This document shows positions 55,658 to 64,000 of a DNA stretch of 64,000 nt, in pieces. Position 1 is the first letter of the stretch. The number at the start of each line of letters is the position of its first letter. The notes beneath the pieces are model-generated. The model searched no databases. It was not told where the DNA came from and was given only the letters and a program-made list of their open reading frames with translations. The stretch comes from a virus (taxonomy: Duplodnaviria > Caudoviricetes): positions 24,898 to 88,897 of IMG/VR virus record IMGVR_UViG_3300028601_000027, one strand, 5' to 3'. The position numbers were made by a program, and so were the translations under genes.

Positions 55658-58147
55658 TTAAAAAATATCCTCTAGTGATTCTTTATCTTTCTCTAAATCA
55701 AAATGCACCCTATCTGCCATCAACTTGATAACATTGTAATACACCTTATCATACTGAGTTTTATAGTCAACATATTTTTCTAAACTAGGTTCAGGTAAAT
55801 CCCTAATGAAACCTAATACGTGTTGATTAAATACTGGATTAGGTTTAGTTAGATAGAGAAACTTAATCTTATCTCCTTCTACTATCTTATTCTTATCTAT
55901 ATTATGTGTCTCGATATAACGATTATAATTATGTGCCGCCCTAACTCCAATAGGAGTACCACTAACAAAACTACCATTAGCCTTAACCCACTTAGCCAAA
56001 TTGTTAGCACTACGAGGGAAAGCTATTTGTTTAGGTGTTAAACTATAGAATATCTTCTTGACCTCATCTATGTACTCTAACACATTTTCATTCTTCATCA
56101 TCTTGATTAGTGTTGTCTTAAGATAAGGTTTAATTATACTAGGAGTACTAGACCTAACTATTTCTAATCCCGTTACATCTAACTTAGGTTCAGAATATCT
56201 TACTCCTTCCTTATCAGTGATTAGGCAAGCGTATTTAGCTGGTGCTGTAATCAAGTAATGACTACATATCTTCTCACGTTTAAGTATTAGTAAGTTCCTA
56301 TCAGCATTAAGATAATCACATAATTTCTGATACCCATTTGCTATTAGTTGTTCTAAGTGTTCCTTATAAAATGTATCTATCTCTTCTGTACCTTCAGCAA
56401 TTCCATCTAAATCTATGAAACAGGAATCGGTATGGGTGAACCTGAGTCTACTACTCTTACCATAATTTTCATCAAGATAATCAGTGACTACCTTAGAAGC
56501 ATACTTAATAGCTAATTGACCACTAATTGTGATACTAGATGCTAATTCAGGGGAGTAGTACCTACAAAATTTTGACGCAAGGATGCCGTAACCACTATTC
56601 ATTAGTAGTTTAACAGCTTGTTCAAATGTATGTAAGTTACTGTATTTATTAACTAGTTCTTCTTTTTCTTCTTCACTTCCCTCAAAGGTTTGGATTAATT
56701 TATCAGTTTCTAGTTTTTCCTTCTTACTAACATCACGTTCATCCATTAGTAATTGATAGATAGCAGGATAAAACCCAACTTTATCTTTTCTAAACTTATA
56801 ACCACTACCAGCCAGAATAGTGTTATCGTTATGCTCGATTTCCATGTTTACTAGTCTTTCATCAATACCATTAGATTTAACTTCTAATCTATCTTCTGGT
56901 ATCAACGTATCAGGACTAATGTTTAGAGTAATACTAAGTGAAGGATATAGCGCCTTTAGGTCAAGACTGATTACGTTTTTGAATATACCTGCTTCTATAT
57001 CTTTCTTAATATAACCACCACTAATCTTTTTCTCCATTCTAGTAGTGTATGGTGGAATAGAAATATCCCTTTTGTTTAAGTAGCTGTAAATAAGACAATC
57101 CCATTGTTTAATGCTACCCATTACATCATCAAAGTTACACTTACAGAAATAAGCAACAGTAGCCACTAGATTGAATAGCTTACGCTTATTATCTATCATA
57201 GCTAATAATTCAACGTCTTTAATGTTGTATTCTACATATTTCTGAGGATTGTTAACCCTAAGTTCTTCTAGGTTGTCGTATTCTTCGTATCCAACCTTAT
57301 CCTCACCTAGTTCTACTCCAGCCACAAAACTAAGTGTATTTGATTCATACTTGCCAACATTTTTCTGATAGAGTAACATGTAATCAACTAGTGCTACTCC
57401 ATCAATCTTGTTATCATATCTATCCTTATTGTTTTCATCTACTCGGTGTTTAGATTGTACTCTACCCCTAACTGGTGATAACATTCTCGATTTCTTCTTA
57501 CCGATTACCTTTATACATCTATTAATAGTGTAAGGGTCATCATAACCTTCACTGTTATATCCAGATAGAATATCAGGTTTTAGTTTATCAATCAACTTAA
57601 CAAAATAGGTTAGCAATTCTTTTTCTGAGTAACAGAACTTATAATGGAGTTTACCACTAACAGTAATTTCCATTTGTTCTTTATAAAACTTTTCGGTACT
57701 AAGACAATATACTGTACCCCTAAATACATCCTTAACGGTAATAGCTGTGATAGCCCCGTTTGCTTCATGTGGTGGACTAAACTTGCCAGTATCAGGGTCT
57801 TTCTTATTCTCAATATCATATAACAACACAGTTAGCTTATTGACATCATAATTAATAGCTTCTGGATACTTGTCATTTATAAATTGATAACATGGTTCTA
57901 TATCATCATATAGTTTTAGTATTTCGCCATAACTCTTCTTATAATCATACCATTCAGATACACCATTAAACACTTTCTTAGTAGTCAATTCGTCATGATA
58001 GGTTTTCTTATGTGCTTCTGATTCGTCAGTAGTCTTAGTACTAAGGTATGGTTTATAATCTTCCACACGGATAAACTTATCCCCATTATCATCATAGCCA
58101 ATATGGAATAGTTCTTTTCTGTTATTGAACACATAACTATAAAACAT
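55658..58147 (-). CDS. Family B DNA polymerase (gp43-like)
   Basis: YDIE (ExoI), GYNSEGYDDPY, YNIKDV, DLKALYPS, KLLMNSGYG, HTDS, GLEIVRSSTP. Confidence 0.93.
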   Translation of the reverse strand: MFYSYVFNNRKELFHIGYDDNGDKFIRVEDYKPYLSTKTTDESEAHKKTYHDELTTKKVFNGVSEWYDYKKSYGEILKLYDDIEPCYQFINDKYPEAINYDVNKLTVLLYDIENKKDPDTGKFSPPHEANGAITAITVKDVFRGTVYCLSTEKFYKEQMEITVSGKLHYKFCYSEKELLTYFVKLIDKLKPDILSGYNSEGYDDPYTINRCIKVIGKKKSRMLSPVRGRVQSKHRVDENNKDRYDNKIDGVALVDYMLLYQKNVGKYESNTLSFVAGVELGEDKVGYEEYDNLEELRVNNPQKYVEYNIKDVELLAMIDNKRKLFNLVATVAYFCKCNFDDVMGSIKQWDCLIYSYLNKRDISIPPYTTRMEKKISGGYIKKDIEAGIFKNVISLDLKALYPSLSITLNISPDTLIPEDRLEVKSNGIDERLVNMEIEHNDNTILAGSGYKFRKDKVGFYPAIYQLLMDERDVSKKEKLETDKLIQTFEGSEEEKEELVNKYSNLHTFEQAVKLLMNSGYGILASKFCRYYSPELASSITISGQLAIKYASKVVTDYLDENYGKSSRLRFTHTDSCFIDLDGIAEGTEEIDTFYKEHLEQLIANGYQKLCDYLNADRNLLILKREKICSHYLITAPAKYACLITDKEGVRYSEPKLDVTGLEIVRSSTPSIIKPYLKTTLIKMMKNENVLEYIDEVKKIFYSLTPKQIAFPRSANNLAKWVKANGSFVSGTPIGVRAAHNYNRYIETHNIDKNKIVEGDKIKFLYLTKPNPVFNQHVLGFIRDLPEPSLEKYVDYKTQYDKVYYNVIKLMADRVHFDLEKDKESLEDIF

Positions 58148-58389
58148 TATAATTCTCCAAACACATCATCTAGATTACCAGATAGGTCTTTCTTTAGTAA
58201 GTTGTTTTGTAAGCACTCATTTTTATATATCATGTATAAGTTATGGTCTTCTTTGATTAATTCTGCTATAACTTCTGGTTCTTCGCCATTATCTAACATA
58301 TCAGTTAGAATGTTAATTAGAGAATCCTTATTCTCATTATAAGCGTCATAGATTTGTTTCTTGATAGTCATTTCCTCATCCCTTCTCAA
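58147..58389 (-). CDS. Hypothetical protein
   Basis: ORF after promoter TTTACA-17 bp-TATAGT. Confidence 0.6.
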   Translation of the reverse strand: MRRDEEMTIKKQIYDAYNENKDSLINILTDMLDNGEEPEVIAELIKEDHNLYMIYKNECLQNNLLKKDLSGNLDDVFGEL

Positions 58390-58487
58390 TGGTTATAAAT
58401 TACAATATCATTTACTATAACACTATATATTAGATTTGTAAAGTGAAAAGCTAGGGGTTAATCTAAACCCCTAGCTCTATTTGTGGT

Positions 58488-60884
58488 CTATAAGATTTTA
58501 CTAGATATTTCAGCTAGTTCACTGCGTTCACACTTACTTAGTGAAATGTGTGCCGCTATTGATTGGTCTTTAAATTTTTCTACTGCATACACGAGTCCAT
58601 TATTATCCGCAGATAGAAACGGGTTATCAATCTGATTGTAATCACCAGACATTACTATCTTAGAATTAGCACCAGCCCTAGTTAGTACTGTTAAAATTTC
58701 TTGCTTTGTTAAATTTTGGCAATTATGGACTACATAACCAGTATTCATATCTGTAGTAGTTCCACCGTTCACAGTAGCAACAAAATTATGATTATCTTCA
58801 ACCTCCATATCAAACACATGTTGAGATTCTTCTAATTCATTAACAGCAGTAACAGTAGTCACAGCATAATTAGCAAATTTGTTATTCCATTCATAATTAC
58901 CAATAGGCAAATTACTTTTATAAGCACAACTTTCATCTAAATAAGGACTAACTATAGAAAGCAATCTCTTTGTTCCTTCCACTGTGACGTATATGTAATT
59001 ATATGTCTTGTTTCTATCTTTTTTGTGATAACTTTTTAGGTTATTCTGTATTCCAAATTTATCCTTTAACATGTCAGATATCTTTTGGCTACTTTCGTCA
59101 TTGAAACTGTTTATGTGGAACACCACTGTATTAGAGTCAGAACTATAACTTCCATCATCCATAAAGAATATAGCTAACCCCTTTTCGTTGATTATTTCTA
59201 ACATCCAATCATCAATGTGTTCACCTCTAGGGTGTTTTATTTTTTCTGGCAACACAAAAGAATTTGTTGTAAAATCATATAAGGTTCCTTTAGAATAACC
59301 ATTATTTTCTATCTGTCTAACTTTATCTTGTCTGTTAAAAATAGTGGCTTTTTTTCTAAGGTATTGCTCTTGTTTTACGCCATGATTCACTGTCATTCTA
59401 TATGTGTTTTGTGACACTTCTCGAATAGAACCATCACCTAACCTAGACCCAATAACTACTTGTAATTGATCGCCATTCAAATAGTGACAATTTTGGCGAT
59501 TTTTCCCCCCACTCATAATTAACGGATCACCTATTTCTAATTCTCCTGCTTTCACCCAACCCTTATTAGCAACTAAGAAGGGATGGTTACTTGTGCATTT
59601 TATCCTCTTCGCTCCACTCACAATTTGAATTAATGGCTTTATCCCCTTATGGCTAACCGATATTATGTTTTTATATTCGAATTCATTAGTTGATTCGTTA
59701 AAAGTTCTAACTTTTGGTAATTCGTTTCCTCTTATATAAGAATGAAAAAGTGACCCTATTTGTATATTCCCCTTTTCGGTTGCTACTTTCTGTTTATACG
59801 GGAAACATTCATCCACGAGTATAAATTGATAAGGGATACTCCTACCCCTAATAAATGTTAATGGTAGCATTTCAATTTTACCAGCTTCCTCTAATTCTTC
59901 AAATGGGGTTCGTTTAGCCACTTTCTTACTCTTAGGTTGATCATCACTAAAACAAAATAGAAATTCTAAGTTATCCATAATAGGACCAAACCAAGGAATT
60001 AACTTTGTCTTAAGGTCCCCTTTTAAGTAACCAATATCTTTCTGAAAAGGCATAATAGGTCTAGCTACAGTTAATTTCCTATACATAGATTGTTCTAAAA
60101 CTGCTTCTAAGGCACTCGCAATAGCTATTAGACTCTTACCACTACCAGCCGCACCAGTTAGCGTCACAAGGCTAATTTCAGGGTCTAAGAGGAAGTTTGC
60201 CGCTATCTGTTGTTCTAAGTTTGCACACTCTAAACCAAATGGCGCTAACTTATTATCCATTAGTATTAACCTACCACCTTTTTGACTAGTAATAGCCCTC
60301 ACTTTAGGATCACTATTGTTAACTAGTACTACTGCTTCATTAGGATAAAACTCTTCGTCTACTCCTACTACACTCTTATCTACATAGCCATTTTCATATA
60401 CACTCTGAATTACATCATGGGAAACATATTCTTCTCTCATACCAGTGTAAAGGTTAGATACGTTTACCTTATCATCTAAGTAGTCTTCAGTTTCTATTTC
60501 TAGTACTCTAGCCTTTACTCTTAGGTTTACATCCTTTGTGATTAAGATTGGATTTTCATCACGTTCCTTTAACATTAGACAAGTGTTTAATAATTTGTCA
60601 TCAGCTACATCTTCTCCCTCAGCATGCGATAAATCTACACTATTAGGTAATTCGCTATTAGTTACCATTATCACGTTTTCATTTTTATCAATTATTTCTT
60701 GTTCGATTAGCTTAGTTACATGTCTAGCATTTACACCAACTTGGTCTGTCCTCTTTTTCTGTTTATCCAATTCCCATAATATAACAAATGGTATGTAGAT
60801 TTTATTACCATTTAGTATTTTAGTGAACGAGTTATAATCATGTATTAGTACGTTGGTGTCTAGGACATAGGATTTAGGATTCAT
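58488..60884 (-). CDS. phoH: PIN-domain PhoH ATPase (PhoH2/YlaK-like) with intein
   Basis: VLDTNVL, ELDKQK, ADDK, ITKDVNLRVKA; GAAGSGKS, IRGRS, LVDE|..|CQNL, GDYNQID. Confidence 0.9.
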   Translation of the reverse strand: MNPKSYVLDTNVLIHDYNSFTKILNGNKIYIPFVILWELDKQKKRTDQVGVNARHVTKLIEQEIIDKNENVIMVTNSELPNSVDLSHAEGEDVADDKLLNTCLMLKERDENPILITKDVNLRVKARVLEIETEDYLDDKVNVSNLYTGMREEYVSHDVIQSVYENGYVDKSVVGVDEEFYPNEAVVLVNNSDPKVRAITSQKGGRLILMDNKLAPFGLECANLEQQIAANFLLDPEISLVTLTGAAGSGKSLIAIASALEAVLEQSMYRKLTVARPIMPFQKDIGYLKGDLKTKLIPWFGPIMDNLEFLFCFSDDQPKSKKVAKRTPFEELEEAGKIEMLPLTFIRGRSIPYQFILVDECFPYKQKVATEKGNIQIGSLFHSYIRGNELPKVRTFNESTNEFEYKNIISVSHKGIKPLIQIVSGAKRIKCTSNHPFLVANKGWVKAGELEIGDPLIMSGGKNRQNCHYLNGDQLQVVIGSRLGDGSIREVSQNTYRMTVNHGVKQEQYLRKKATIFNRQDKVRQIENNGYSKGTLYDFTTNSFVLPEKIKHPRGEHIDDWMLEIINEKGLAIFFMDDGSYSSDSNTVVFHINSFNDESSQKISDMLKDKFGIQNNLKSYHKKDRNKTYNYIYVTVEGTKRLLSIVSPYLDESCAYKSNLPIGNYEWNNKFANYAVTTVTAVNELEESQHVFDMEVEDNHNFVATVNGGTTTDMNTGYVVHNCQNLTKQEILTVLTRAGANSKIVMSGDYNQIDNPFLSADNNGLVYAVEKFKDQSIAAHISLSKCERSELAEISSKIL
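58722..59807 (-). mobile_element. Intein with LAGLIDADG endonuclease in phoH (362 aa)
   Basis: CFPYKQ...CTSNHPF...GSRLGDGS...AIFFMDDGS...VFDMEVEDNHNF...VHN|C. Confidence 0.92.
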
Positions 60885-60903
60885 GTAATACCTTTCTTAT
60901 GGG

Positions 60904-61932
60904 TTATGATTTTCTCCAACTAGCCAACTTAGCTAAACCTGACAAACCAAACACTGTGTTATTATCTATTAGTTTCATTAAGTTTTCGTTATTCATTCCA
61001 TTCACTACCATCTGGTTAATGTCTTTTTCCTTTATGTTAGTGGGGAATAAGACTACACTATATCCTTTCTCTAGGTTTTTCTTCATGAAGTCACAAGTGT
61101 ATTTGTTTCTCCTTTCGTTATCTGTTACTAATACTACCTTCTTCTTATCTAGGAGATTACAGTAATCGCAGACTGCATCTAGTCCACCTAATGCACCAAC
61201 TACTCCTATACAATTATCAATAAACAAGCTATCAATTTGTCCTTCTGTGACGTACACTTTCTTATGTATGTTTAGTTTATCATAACCATACACTTTAGGT
61301 ATGTCTTCGACAAACTTAATAGTTAAGTATTTGGGTGATTTATTGTCAATACTTCTACCTGATGCACCAAATATGTTTCCGTCTCTATCCCTAAAGGGGA
61401 ATACTATTCTTCTATCTCTATAGTATTCATTTTGGAAATTATCTGGTTGTTGTTCCTTACACCAGTTATAGAAATTATCTGTATAGTAACAATACTCTAA
61501 TACTTTATCTAGTGGTAGTTTTCTGTCGAAAGTGTATTGAATAGCATCATGACTAGATGGTAAATCTCCTAATCTATTTAGGTCTAGTGTTTCTAACTTA
61601 TTCTGAAACGGATTATCACATGATATGTTTGGTCGTTGTTTGTATTTATTCTCAAATGAGTTTAAATAAGATTCTTTAATGTAATCATCATAAACATAGG
61701 GATAAAATGTTTTGAGGAAGTTGTGAAAATTATTAGAATATCCACAGTTAAAACAGTGCATTGTCAATTGGTCACTAGAAGTATAGAACCATGCGCGTTT
61801 TTTGGTAGATGATATTTGACTATCATTGCAAATAGGGCAACGGAAATTGGCAAAGTAGTTAGCGTGATTCTTACGTTCAAATTTATCTAGTGGTAAGGAT
61901 AGTGCGTATTTTTGGTCTATTAGTAGTGACAT
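60904..61932 (-). CDS. DNA primase (gp61-like)
   Basis: FRCPICNDS...CFNC, RIVFP, EGQIDSLF, DNERRN, KDIN; start moved from track 61965 to ATG 61932. Confidence 0.9.
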   Translation of the reverse strand: MSLLIDQKYALSLPLDKFERKNHANYFANFRCPICNDSQISSTKKRAWFYTSSDQLTMHCFNCGYSNNFHNFLKTFYPYVYDDYIKESYLNSFENKYKQRPNISCDNPFQNKLETLDLNRLGDLPSSHDAIQYTFDRKLPLDKVLEYCYYTDNFYNWCKEQQPDNFQNEYYRDRRIVFPFRDRDGNIFGASGRSIDNKSPKYLTIKFVEDIPKVYGYDKLNIHKKVYVTEGQIDSLFIDNCIGVVGALGGLDAVCDYCNLLDKKKVVLVTDNERRNKYTCDFMKKNLEKGYSVVLFPTNIKEKDINQMVVNGMNNENLMKLIDNNTVFGLSGLAKLASWRKS

Positions 61933-61955
61933 ATTGAAACTCCTTTCTAGGGAGT

Positions 61956-61996
61956 AGTATAACACAAAAAAAGGGGCTAGTCAACGACTAACCCCT
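61956..61996 (-). terminator. Terminator after DGR RT overlapping the primase promoter
   Basis: aggggctagtc/gactaacccct stem + T7; TTGACT 61979-61984, 17 bp, TATACT 61956-61961. Confidence 0.75.
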
Positions 61997-62027
61997 AAGT
62001 TGATTAAAATGGTAGTTGTTTGTGATA

Positions 62028-63038
62028 CTACCAATTTTCTCCTATTTCTAGCGAACACACAAAATTATGAGTATCACCATGTTTAGCATGTCCAATCCAA
62101 CTTCTATACATTTGTATCATTTTATGTTTATCTATATTACCAGATTGATATGATCGTATTTTACTTTTAATTTTCCTTTTTGAATCGTTTCTAAGTAATC
62201 TGTGCGTAGCGTAATGTTTGAATCCTATAGCGTTAACTCCTTGTTTTATTGGGAATATCTTACTTTTGTCTTCATTCAATCGCAATTTCAGCTTGTTATG
62301 TAAAAATTGTTCACTCTTTTCTAATACACCCTTAGCTTCTTTTTTAGATGAAACAATTATAACCACATCATCAGCATATCTAACATAATATTTCAGTTTC
62401 ATGTTCCTTTTCATGTATTGATCAAATTCATTCAAATATATGTTAGCAAATATCTGACTAGTCAGATTGCCTAACGGTAATCCTATTTCGCCGGGAGATG
62501 AATCTATAACAACATCCAATAACTTCAACGCAGAACGATCAGTTATCTTTTTCCTCAATAACTGCTTTAATACATCTCTGTCAATATTGTAGAAGAATTT
62601 TTTGATATCCAATTTCACAATATAAGCACTTTCACCGTATTCCCATTTGGATTTTCTTAGGAAATGTCCAATGCGATCATTGCAAGCATGAGTTCCTTTA
62701 TTTTCGATACACGCATAACTATCGTATATGAAACAAGGGAAATATATTTCTTTAATCACATTGTGTATCATGTGTTGCACAATCTTATCACGGAATCTTG
62801 GAGCATATATTTCTCGCTCCTTTGGTTCGTATACCTTAAATTTAGTATATTCTCCTACTTCGTATGTCTGATTACTTAGCTCGTAAACTAAATAGTTAAG
62901 GTTTACTGTTTCGTTATTCACAAAATGTATAGCAGGTAATTTGTATTTCTCCTTACCTAATCTAGTTTTATGTAAAGCATAGTATACATTTTCTATGTTT
63001 ATTATATCCGGGTATATGTTTTTATAACTCTTCGACAT
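62028..63038 (-). CDS. brt: DGR reverse transcriptase
   Basis: KEREIYAPRFRDKIVQH, DSYAC..KGTH, LDIKKFF, GLPLGNLTSQ, YVRYADD. Confidence 0.95.
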   Translation of the reverse strand: MSKSYKNIYPDIINIENVYYALHKTRLGKEKYKLPAIHFVNNETVNLNYLVYELSNQTYEVGEYTKFKVYEPKEREIYAPRFRDKIVQHMIHNVIKEIYFPCFIYDSYACIENKGTHACNDRIGHFLRKSKWEYGESAYIVKLDIKKFFYNIDRDVLKQLLRKKITDRSALKLLDVVIDSSPGEIGLPLGNLTSQIFANIYLNEFDQYMKRNMKLKYYVRYADDVVIIVSSKKEAKGVLEKSEQFLHNKLKLRLNEDKSKIFPIKQGVNAIGFKHYATHRLLRNDSKRKIKSKIRSYQSGNIDKHKMIQMYRSWIGHAKHGDTHNFVCSLEIGENW

Positions 63039-63187
63039 ATAGGGTTTCCCTCTCTCCAGTACTCAGCTACATGACATTGTTAATGTGTTTACAATCTATG
63101 ATTGAAGGAATAACACTCCCTTGAATAAAACAAGTCTTGTATATGTAACCTTGATCACACATATCTGATTAATTATTACATTCAGGG

Positions 63188-63275
63188 CAGGACGCCACCC
63201 ATTATTAGTATTCGTATTGTTAGCATTATTAGTATTGAAGTCAGCTATACCATTATTGCCACGATTGACACGGCG
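63188..63275 (-). repeat. DGR template repeat (TR)
   Basis: 88 bp, 28 adenines, ten AAT triplets; ends in GGGTGGCGTCCTG shared with both VRs. Confidence 0.97.
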
Positions 63276-63304
63276 GTTACAGTGTTATCCCTTAGACTTA
63301 CAAC

Positions 63305-63646
63305 TTACCTATTTGCAGATTTACGTATATACCCGGATAATAATTTGTTTATTTCTGTTAAACTCTCGTCTATTACCACAAAATGCCCGTTGCTTATGTA
63401 TTTTCTCTCCCTAGATAGTTTCATCAACACCTTCAACAACTGTAAATGTCCATCAGCCTCCTGTAAATACACTTTCCGTTTACTCTTTACTGCATTGCCT
63501 AGTTGTATGTATTTTATTACATCGAAAAACGACTCCTTTATTCTGCTACACAAACAAAACTTCTCCGACTTCGGAAAGTTTATTAACCGAGGATATATTC
63601 GATACAATAATTCCTCAACCTTCTGTTTTACTATCAATTCTTCCAT
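63305..63646 (-). CDS. avd: Accessory variability determinant (Avd)
   Basis: 113-aa four-helix type: FPKSEKFCLCSRIK, YLQEAD..L..LK.L, EINKLLSGY; immediately upstream of TR. Confidence 0.92.
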   Translation of the reverse strand: MEELIVKQKVEELLYRIYPRLINFPKSEKFCLCSRIKESFFDVIKYIQLGNAVKSKRKVYLQEADGHLQLLKVLMKLSRERKYISNGHFVVIDESLTEINKLLSGYIRKSANR

Positions 63647-63726
63647 AGTGAATTCCTATTTGCTAATCGTTCTAATGCTTTCACCTTCGCTACAGCCACT
63701 AGAACCATAGTGTAGAGGTCAGATAC

Positions 63727-63745
63727 GTACAGTGTCCTACTGTAC
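63727..63745 (-). promoter_or_regulatory. DGR hairpin of adjacent target (7-bp stem, AGGAC loop)
   Basis: GTACAGT-AGGAC-ACTGTAC; closing pair mismatched relative to VR1 hairpin. Confidence 0.8.
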
Positions 63746-64000
63746 AACTTCAAGGACAGGACGCCACCCAAGATAAGTAGCATACGTAGTGCCAGCAGGA
63801 TAAGTATGGAAAGAAGCTATACCATAATGGCCACGTTGGACACGGCGAGTAGTATCTAATCCTCGCTCCTGACACCAACTAAGAGCACCACTTCCACCAT
63901 AAACTTGTAATTCTGCATTCGTAAAATTAGCCCAGTTATTGCCATCTTGTGGTCCACCATGTCTAGTAGTTTCATAACCACCATCCATACCAATAGTAGG
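63737..64000 (-). CDS. DGR-adjacent target protein, 3' end only (truncated by window edge)
   Basis: Near-identical to C-terminus of 43319-44203 (DGGYETTRHGGPQDG...CQERGLDTT...GWRPVLEVVQ). Confidence 0.9.
   Translation of the reverse strand, partial: PTIGMDGGYETTRHGGPQDGNNWANFTNAELQVYGGSGALSWCQERGLDTTRRVQRGHYGIASFHTYPAGTTYATYLGWRPVLEVVQ
63757..63847 (-). repeat. DGR variable repeat VR2
   Basis: 91 bp; vs TR: 15 changes at A, 3 at non-A, one extra codon. Confidence 0.9.

Larger units (their letters stand above)
62028..63988 (-). mobile_element. Diversity-generating retroelement: target-avd-TR-RT
   Basis: RT + Avd + A-rich template repeat + VR-bearing genes. Confidence 0.95.

Noticed and set aside
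62028-63038. RT as group II intron, retron or Abi RT
   Set aside because: Avd, an A-rich TR and two VRs identify a DGR; no maturase domain or intron structure seen
1362-63710. All plus-strand ORFs in the track (for example 5508-5756, 18459-18725, 26576-26857, 63282-63710)
   Set aside because: Antisense shadows of clear minus-strand genes or degenerate regions, with no RBS or recognisable motifs

Overview
A 64-kb segment of a large, AT-rich T4-like (jumbo) phage genome; essentially all genes lie on the minus strand. 1-21 kb: many small early/accessory genes driven by sigma70-like promoters, with an RlmN-like radical SAM enzyme, an RNA-repair cluster (Rnl1 ligase, HD-kinase, phosphoesterases, nucleotidyltransferase), a disrupted DNA methyltransferase fused with an HNH nuclease, and thyX. 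22-35 kb: lysis genes and T4-like replication genes (gp59-like, NAD-dependent ligase, Rnl2, RegA, gp62, gp44, gp45). The clamp-loader gp44 gene is fractured by a naturally split intein with a free-standing endonuclease between the halves. This part also holds a GC-richer island bounded by attC-like elements and a deleted IS605/tnpB element. 35-47 kb: tail fibres and other late genes with a GATAAATA late-promoter motif. 47-62 kb: class II RNR with an intein, tRNA-Leu(CAA), a second DNA methyltransferase, family-B polymerase, PIN-PhoH with an intein, and primase. 62-64 kb: a diversity-generating retroelement (RT, TR, avd, adjacent target). The TR matches, with adenine-only differences, a remote target gene 20 kb away in the tail cluster, whereas the adjacent target does not fit this TR cleanly. 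All family assignments come from motif recognition by eye; no searches were run.
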